Origin: a virus
DNA: 64,000 bases
Direction: 5' to 3' (one strand)
IMG/VR virus record: IMGVR_UViG_3300028840_006010
The translations under genes were made by a program, and so were the position numbers. Below, in pieces: positions 59,371 to 64,000 of the stretch; within the stretch, counting starts at the first letter, position 1; each line of letters opens with the position of its first letter. The notes under the pieces were generated by a model. The model searched no databases. It saw only the letters and a list, made by a program, of their open reading frames with translations, and was not told the DNA's origin.

Positions 59371-59407
59371 GGTGAGGAAATATGAACAAAAAGGAGAGTA
59401 GGATATC

Positions 59408-59719
59408 TTGATACCAGAAATATATATACTGATATTCAGTTGTGCAGTATTATTTTTCATATTGGGTATCCTCAAAGAAAGTGTTGTATTCACAGCGTTC
59501 TCGATGCTGTTTTGGATAGTAATCATGGCAAACTCGATATTCATTGATATACCGTATTACGCTTTTGATTCAACGAATAAAACATTCTATACAGGACATT
59601 TTGAATATACCTATTACAGTATATCGTTTGTTGCTTTAGCATTTATCATCATGTGTGTGATATGGACTATATTGCAATATACTGATTTTTCATATTGGAG
59701 AAAAAGACGTATACGATAA
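59408..59719 (+). CDS. membrane protein (TTG start)
   Basis: 3 TM helices; SD GGTGAGGAA at 59361. Confidence 0.45.
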   Translation: MIPEIYILIFSCAVLFFILGILKESVVFTAFSMLFWIVIMANSIFIDIPYYAFDSTNKTFYTGHFEYTYYSISFVALAFIIMCVIWTILQYTDFSYWRKRRIR

Positions 59720-59728
59720 GGGATTAAT

Positions 59729-60013
59729 GTGAATAAAATCATCAAAGTCATTCGTATTGGCACTCCCGATGATATCAGAACATCGATTCGGAGGATTGTA
59801 TCACAACTTGAAAAACATAATTATTCCATAAGTTCGGACCCACGAGCGGTCCGACTTTTTTCTCGTTTTATACCTGAACCGTATCGTAGAAACAGAATTA
59901 TTATATTTTCAAGGACGGTTGATAGACCAACACGAAGTATCATCACAATAAAACCAGAATATAAAGTTGAATTGAAAGATGATTTTAGTTTTAAGATTTT
60001 GTTGAACAAATAA
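59729..60013 (+). CDS. hypothetical basic protein
   Basis: 94-aa ORF. Confidence 0.4.
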   Translation: MNKIIKVIRIGTPDDIRTSIRRIVSQLEKHNYSISSDPRAVRLFSRFIPEPYRRNRIIIFSRTVDRPTRSIITIKPEYKVELKDDFSFKILLNK

Positions 60014-60130
60014 TGATAACATTCGTTAATTATTTAAACTACTCTTTATATTACATGATGTGAGGTTTCTCGGGAGGCAACCTACAGATACCGGTTAAAT
60101 ATTTATACCGGTATCAACTATTACCTTTTT

Positions 60131-60346
60131 ATGTCAAGAACATTTCGATTAATTGGTTTCAAAAACGGAAAACCTGATTACAGTAAGCATATCAATCAGG
60201 TTGCTCCATATCGTTTTTATCGTCACGAGAATGTTAATGCTCGTAAAAAATATTATCGAGGTTATAGAATACGACAAAAACAATTTTTAAAAAAATTCAA
60301 TGAACATTTAAAATTCAGACCAACAAATGGGTGGCGTACATGGTAA
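60131..60346 (+). CDS. small basic protein
   Basis: 71 aa, Arg/Lys/Tyr-rich. Palindrome GATACCGGT-N11-ACCGGTATC at 60087-60115 upstream. Confidence 0.4.
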   Translation: MSRTFRLIGFKNGKPDYSKHINQVAPYRFYRHENVNARKKYYRGYRIRQKQFLKKFNEHLKFRPTNGWRTW

Positions 60347-60466
60347 AACAAGAATTTCGACCTACGCCAACATTAAAAGGAAAAGCCGCTAAACGATTTT
60401 TTAATGAAATCAATGACGGTGAGATATCAGAAAAACAAAAAAAGTTCCTAAAAGAATGTGCTAAAC

Positions 60467-61102
60467 TTGTTAAAGATTTGTGCTGTTTCTGATTTACATG
60501 ATAATCGCATTATTATACCAAAATGTAACGTTTTGATTATTGCAGGTGATATCAGTAAAAAAGGTAATGCGTTTTGGTTCAAAGAATGGTTTTTACCTTA
60601 CCTAAAAGATGTTAAACATACTTATGATGTGTGTTTGTTGGTATTCGGAAATCATGACGACGATATTCAACTGTCAGATGATTACAAAGAAGACATTCCT
60701 GATTATATTAAAATCTTGAATAATCAGTTATTCAAATATAAAGGAATCAATTTTTTTGGTTCACCTTTTACTGTTCAAACACCTGAAATAATAGATAGTA
60801 TGACTGCTTTTGATGATGATATTCTTGAGGTGTTTTATCGGGATATTCCTGAAAAAACCGATGTTCTAATAACGCATATGCCACCATACGGTATCGGTGA
60901 TACTGTTATCAATCAAAATTATCATTTAGGAAGCACGACATTGTTAAGTCGTGTATGGATTGTAAAACCAAAGATTCACATATTTGGACATATACATACA
61001 GGAAAAAAATACACCAAAGTAAATGGAACCAAATTTTATAACGTATCTGTATTAGATGAAAAGTACCAAGTAGCGTACAAACCAACTATCATTAACCTGT
61101 AA
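60467..61102 (+). CDS. calcineurin-like metallophosphoesterase (start at TTG 60467, or GTG 60458)
   Basis: MPP motifs VSDLHDN, IAGDIS, FGNHDD, ITHMPPYG, IFGHIHTG. Confidence 0.75.
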   Translation: MLKICAVSDLHDNRIIIPKCNVLIIAGDISKKGNAFWFKEWFLPYLKDVKHTYDVCLLVFGNHDDDIQLSDDYKEDIPDYIKILNNQLFKYKGINFFGSPFTVQTPEIIDSMTAFDDDILEVFYRDIPEKTDVLITHMPPYGIGDTVINQNYHLGSTTLLSRVWIVKPKIHIFGHIHTGKKYTKVNGTKFYNVSVLDEKYQVAYKPTIINL

Positions 61103-61128
61103 ATTTAACAAACGTTAAATAACAAAAT

Positions 61129-61596
61129 ATGATTACAATAATAATGGAGAAATTTCAAGTATTATCAATTACAGAAATGATAGAAAAATACCCACATTTA
61201 CCTGAATATTATTCTTTTAAACCAGAAGATATTCAAATAATTGTGATTACAAAAAATGAATATGATTACAATTTTCGACCTCTTTTAAAACTAGATTTTG
61301 ATGATGTTATGCAGTCGGATAAACATGGTGTTTTCATCCAACCAAAACACATTGATATGTTGATAGAAAAATTACCTGAAATCAAAAATGCACTTCTTGT
61401 ATATGTATGTTGTGATGCAGGAATATCTCGAAGTCCTGCCGTTGCAAGTGCATTAGCGCATTTTTTAGGTGATGCTAAATCATATGGAAACCTGACATAC
61501 AGATATCCTTTTGCCAATCATGATGTGTTTGAGGAAGTACTAAGGGGTTTACGTGATACATGTCGCGATGTTATAAAGGGTGTCAAATATGAATAA
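61129..61596 (+). CDS. Cys-based protein phosphatase (dual-specificity/PTP-like)
   Basis: CX5R signature VYVCCDAGISRSPAVASA (HCxAGxSRS-like). Confidence 0.55.
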   Translation: MITIIMEKFQVLSITEMIEKYPHLPEYYSFKPEDIQIIVITKNEYDYNFRPLLKLDFDDVMQSDKHGVFIQPKHIDMLIEKLPEIKNALLVYVCCDAGISRSPAVASALAHFLGDAKSYGNLTYRYPFANHDVFEEVLRGLRDTCRDVIKGVKYE

Positions 61597-61870
61597 CGTA
61601 AAAATTCAGATAGCTCAGGAAATGTTGTTAGGTGGTGTGATTACTAACGTAGAAATGGATTCAACAGGTCTTATTGTTATCGTTGTTTATAACCAAGGTA
61701 CAAGATATTGTGTATATCCACAAGCAGTATCACGTATTGATAGTCCTAATAATAAAGAATTATCAATTGATAAATTATTGAAAAAACATGAAAACAAACA
61801 AAAAAATGATTAATAAAATTAAATTTAAATATAAGTGTAATCATTATAGATAAAAAAGGAGTAAGGATGG

Positions 61871-62269
61871 ATGAACGAATCACAACGCAATATTCTAAAA
61901 CAACTCGAACAATCTCCATTGACTGGTGAAGAACTTGTTGAACATACGGGGTATTCTCCTAATGGAATAAGAGGTCGCATCAGCGAACTTAGAAAACTTG
62001 GGTATGATATTCAATATGAAGAACGTACGGAAATCAAAAAGATTAAAGTAAAAAAATATGTATTGAAATCGAAAAAAACCGATGAATTCCTGACGTATTT
62101 AAAAAAAAGAGCATTATTTGGCAAGGTTATAGACGTTAGTGTTGTCGCAAAACAAATAGGAATGACCGTTGAAGAAATACAATCAATTATCGGTAAATTA
62201 TTTTTGAATCCTAATTATAGTGTTATACAATTATCAAACGTTCAAGTAAAGATTCAAAGATTATCTTAA
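61871..62269 (+). CDS. winged-helix DNA-binding protein
   Basis: ILKQLEQSPLTGEELVEHTGYSPNGIRGRISELRKLGY (HTH plus wing). Confidence 0.45.
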   Translation: MNESQRNILKQLEQSPLTGEELVEHTGYSPNGIRGRISELRKLGYDIQYEERTEIKKIKVKKYVLKSKKTDEFLTYLKKRALFGKVIDVSVVAKQIGMTVEEIQSIIGKLFLNPNYSVIQLSNVQVKIQRLS

Positions 62270-62976
62270 TCTTCATTCAATAAACTCATTAAATATTTTT
62301 GGGATTTGATTATTATATTGTGAGTTATTTCATTTTCCAAATCATATATCAAAACATCAATCATATCATTATCTAACGATGGATAATCTTTTTTTATTTT
62401 TTCTATAATGTGTTCTTTTATTTTTTGTTGATATCTTTGTTTAGATTTTTCTACATCCTTTTTTGAAATTGCGTCTTCATTACAATGATAAAAATATTTA
62501 TCCCAAAAATTTTTAAGTTTATCATATTTATCTTCTTTACCATCTTTCATATACTCATTGCCACAATTGAAGAGATTCATAAATGAATCTTCATGTCCTT
62601 CTTTGGCGCAAGATTTCATTCTTTTCACTAATTCTACTTTTTTGTTTTCCATATATTCCTCGGCTTGTTTTTCATAAATATTAAGTTTGGTAAATATTTC
62701 TTCATACAAAACAAAGTTATCGATATTTTTAATAAGAGTATATTTATTTAACTTCGAACACATATATTGAAAGGATAAAGAAATATGTTTACTCATTTTT
62801 TTAAAGAAAGCATTTACCTTATAATTATCAGAACATAAAACAGATAAAACATCACCTTCTTTTATATTAGGAAAATTTTTTTTATCTAATCTGATAATAA
62901 GACTATTTCCCGCTTTTTTAACCTTCATTTTTTTAATTTCATTAATATTTTCATCATCAATATTTTCTTCATTCAT
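62266..62976 (-). CDS. AbrB/MazE/SpoVT-type swapped-hairpin DNA-binding domain protein with long helical C-terminal extension (alternative start at 62928, MKVKKAGNSL)
   Basis: VKKAGNSLIIRLDKKNFPNIKEGDVLSV matches the AbrB/MazE VxKxGNSxxVTIPKEIxxxLGIKEGDxV pattern. Confidence 0.55.
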   Translation of the reverse strand: MNEENIDDENINEIKKMKVKKAGNSLIIRLDKKNFPNIKEGDVLSVLCSDNYKVNAFFKKMSKHISLSFQYMCSKLNKYTLIKNIDNFVLYEEIFTKLNIYEKQAEEYMENKKVELVKRMKSCAKEGHEDSFMNLFNCGNEYMKDGKEDKYDKLKNFWDKYFYHCNEDAISKKDVEKSKQRYQQKIKEHIIEKIKKDYPSLDNDMIDVLIYDLENEITHNIIIKSQKYLMSLLNED

Positions 62977-63062
62977 ATTTTCATCACCATCCTGTTTATT
63001 TGAAAAATAGTATATTAAGTTAATTTAAGTATTTTTCGAAAACTTGAATTCCCATCTCTTTT

Positions 63063-63176
63063 CCGGGCACTTTATTACTCTGTAATAAAGTGAAAAAGTG
63101 AAGAGTTTAAATCTTTTTTCCGGGCACTTTATTACTCTGTAATAAAGTGAAAAAGTGAAGAGTTTAAATCTCTTTT
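63063..63176. repeat. two tandem 57-bp repeats, each containing an 11-bp perfect inverted repeat CACTTTATTAC-TCT-GTAATAAAGTG (63068-63092 and 63125-63149); operator-like
   Basis: Read directly. Located in the divergent intergenic region between 62976(-) and 63505(+). Confidence 0.8.
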
Positions 63177-63504
63177 TTATGTACAACGTAAAAAATGAAA
63201 AAATTAAAAATTATGTTATACAAGCGTATTATAATCTATTATTTTTGTATTATTTCTCGATAGAAAAGCGTATTTTTTAGAAAATTAATTTGAGTGAACG
63301 GTTTTTTAGAAAAAAAAAGTCGCCTTCGAGAAAAAATGTGATACGGATTGCAAATCCCTTAGACTAACTAGAAACAACTATAGTATTTTTATGCGATTGG
63401 ATATCTATTAGTCCCAATCGCAAAAATACAATATTTGTTTTCAAAAGTTAAGGACTAACAAAATATTTAAACCCGCCCCGCCTTAATAATTATGAGGAAA
63501 GACG

Positions 63505-63939
63505 TTGGTTAAAATCGATGACTACTGGCATCACCCAGCAAACAAAATAAATTGGAATGTATCCTATTGGGGAAAACCAACCAAACGTGATGGTCGTAGA
63601 GTATATTTTGAATTCACGTTACTGATGGGACCTGATTTTGAAACATGGCATCCCAGCGCAAAAGAGCGTTTGTTAGACCATTTATCTGATTCTCACGCAA
63701 GTGCTACGTACAATGGAAACATTGATTATGACATGTCAGGCAACACTTGGCATGAAAATAAAGTATTTGGTGATGGTTCATTTGACATACCATATGAATT
63801 GTTAGATGAGTTTACAACGCGAGATGAACTCAACGAAGTAGCTGAAGATGCAATTTCAAACGTCATTAATTACAATCTGGCGCGTTTTGAACGTGACGCT
63901 ATAGATTCGTATGGTGTGAAAATAAGACTGCTTAGATGA
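63505..63939 (+). CDS. hypothetical protein
   Basis: 144 aa; followed by hairpin ACGGATTC-TGT-GAATCCGT at 63949-63967. Confidence 0.5.
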   Translation: MVKIDDYWHHPANKINWNVSYWGKPTKRDGRRVYFEFTLLMGPDFETWHPSAKERLLDHLSDSHASATYNGNIDYDMSGNTWHENKVFGDGSFDIPYELLDEFTTRDELNEVAEDAISNVINYNLARFERDAIDSYGVKIRLLR

Positions 63940-63948
63940 TAAGAAAAA

Positions 63949-63967
63949 ACGGATTCTGTGAATCCGT
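63949..63967. terminator. perfect 8-bp stem / 3-nt loop hairpin flanked by A6 (5') and AT-rich sequence (3')
   Basis: Read directly after the stop of 63505..63939. Confidence 0.4.
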
Positions 63968-64000
63968 AAATTTAAAATTCAACGTTTTCATCAAAAAAAT

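Noticed and set aside
1-64000. Terminal inverted repeats / element boundaries or attachment sites
   Set aside because: Neither edge of the window shows a recognisable terminus. The first ORF is cut by the window edge, so the boundaries must lie outside this window.

Overview
AT-rich (~30% GC), gene-dense 64-kb window with almost all genes on the + strand, many 4-nt start/stop overlaps, and no rRNA, tRNA or CRISPR array detected. It reads like a virus, plasmid or integrative element of an AT-rich archaeon. The archaeal call rests on TATA-like boxes about 25 nt upstream of start codons, oligo-T terminators, GGTGA-type Shine-Dalgarno motifs, dozens of tiny CxxC zinc-ribbon ORFs, and beta-helix 'GGNYW...DYLPL' surface modules dense in N-x-S/T sequons. 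A low-GC bacterium cannot be excluded from sequence alone. Layout: (i) a replication/recombination module at 0.6-5 kb with a small serine recombinase that has an AT-hook-like tail instead of an HTH, a tandem N-terminal remnant copy of it, a family-B DNA polymerase with 3'-5' exonuclease motifs, and an SF3/D5-like P-loop ATPase. Iteron-like repeats and a 53-bp tandem repeat flank this module. (ii) About 20 kb of small ORFs including a minimal nucleotidyltransferase-type ligase, a SLOG/DprA-like protein, a sulfotransferase-like P-loop protein and a truncated GCS2-like ligase, plus several ORFs with a strong SD but no ATG/GTG/TTG start. (iii) An inverted two-gene module on the minus strand at 26.7-30.2 kb encoding large LRV/HEAT-like repeat proteins, with its own hairpin plus T8 terminator. 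(iv) A flotillin/SPFH gene with a possible NfeD-like partner. (v) A dockerin-bearing small secreted protein, a HEPN/MNT-like pair, and a ~21-kb surface-protein locus: C25-like peptidase, tail-fibre-like protein, DUF2341-LamG protein, and a 3031-aa giant adhesin made of 7 tandem ~1.1-kb beta-helix modules ending in a type-I dockerin. Two further genes carry the same module. (vi) Membrane proteins, a metallophosphoesterase, a Cys-based phosphatase, and an AbrB/MazE-like regulator beside a duplicated 57-bp operator-like palindrome. The most interesting candidates are the dockerin/giant modular adhesin system on an apparently mobile replicon, the serine-recombinase + PolB + SF3-helicase core, the inverted LRV-protein module, and possible ATA-initiated genes.
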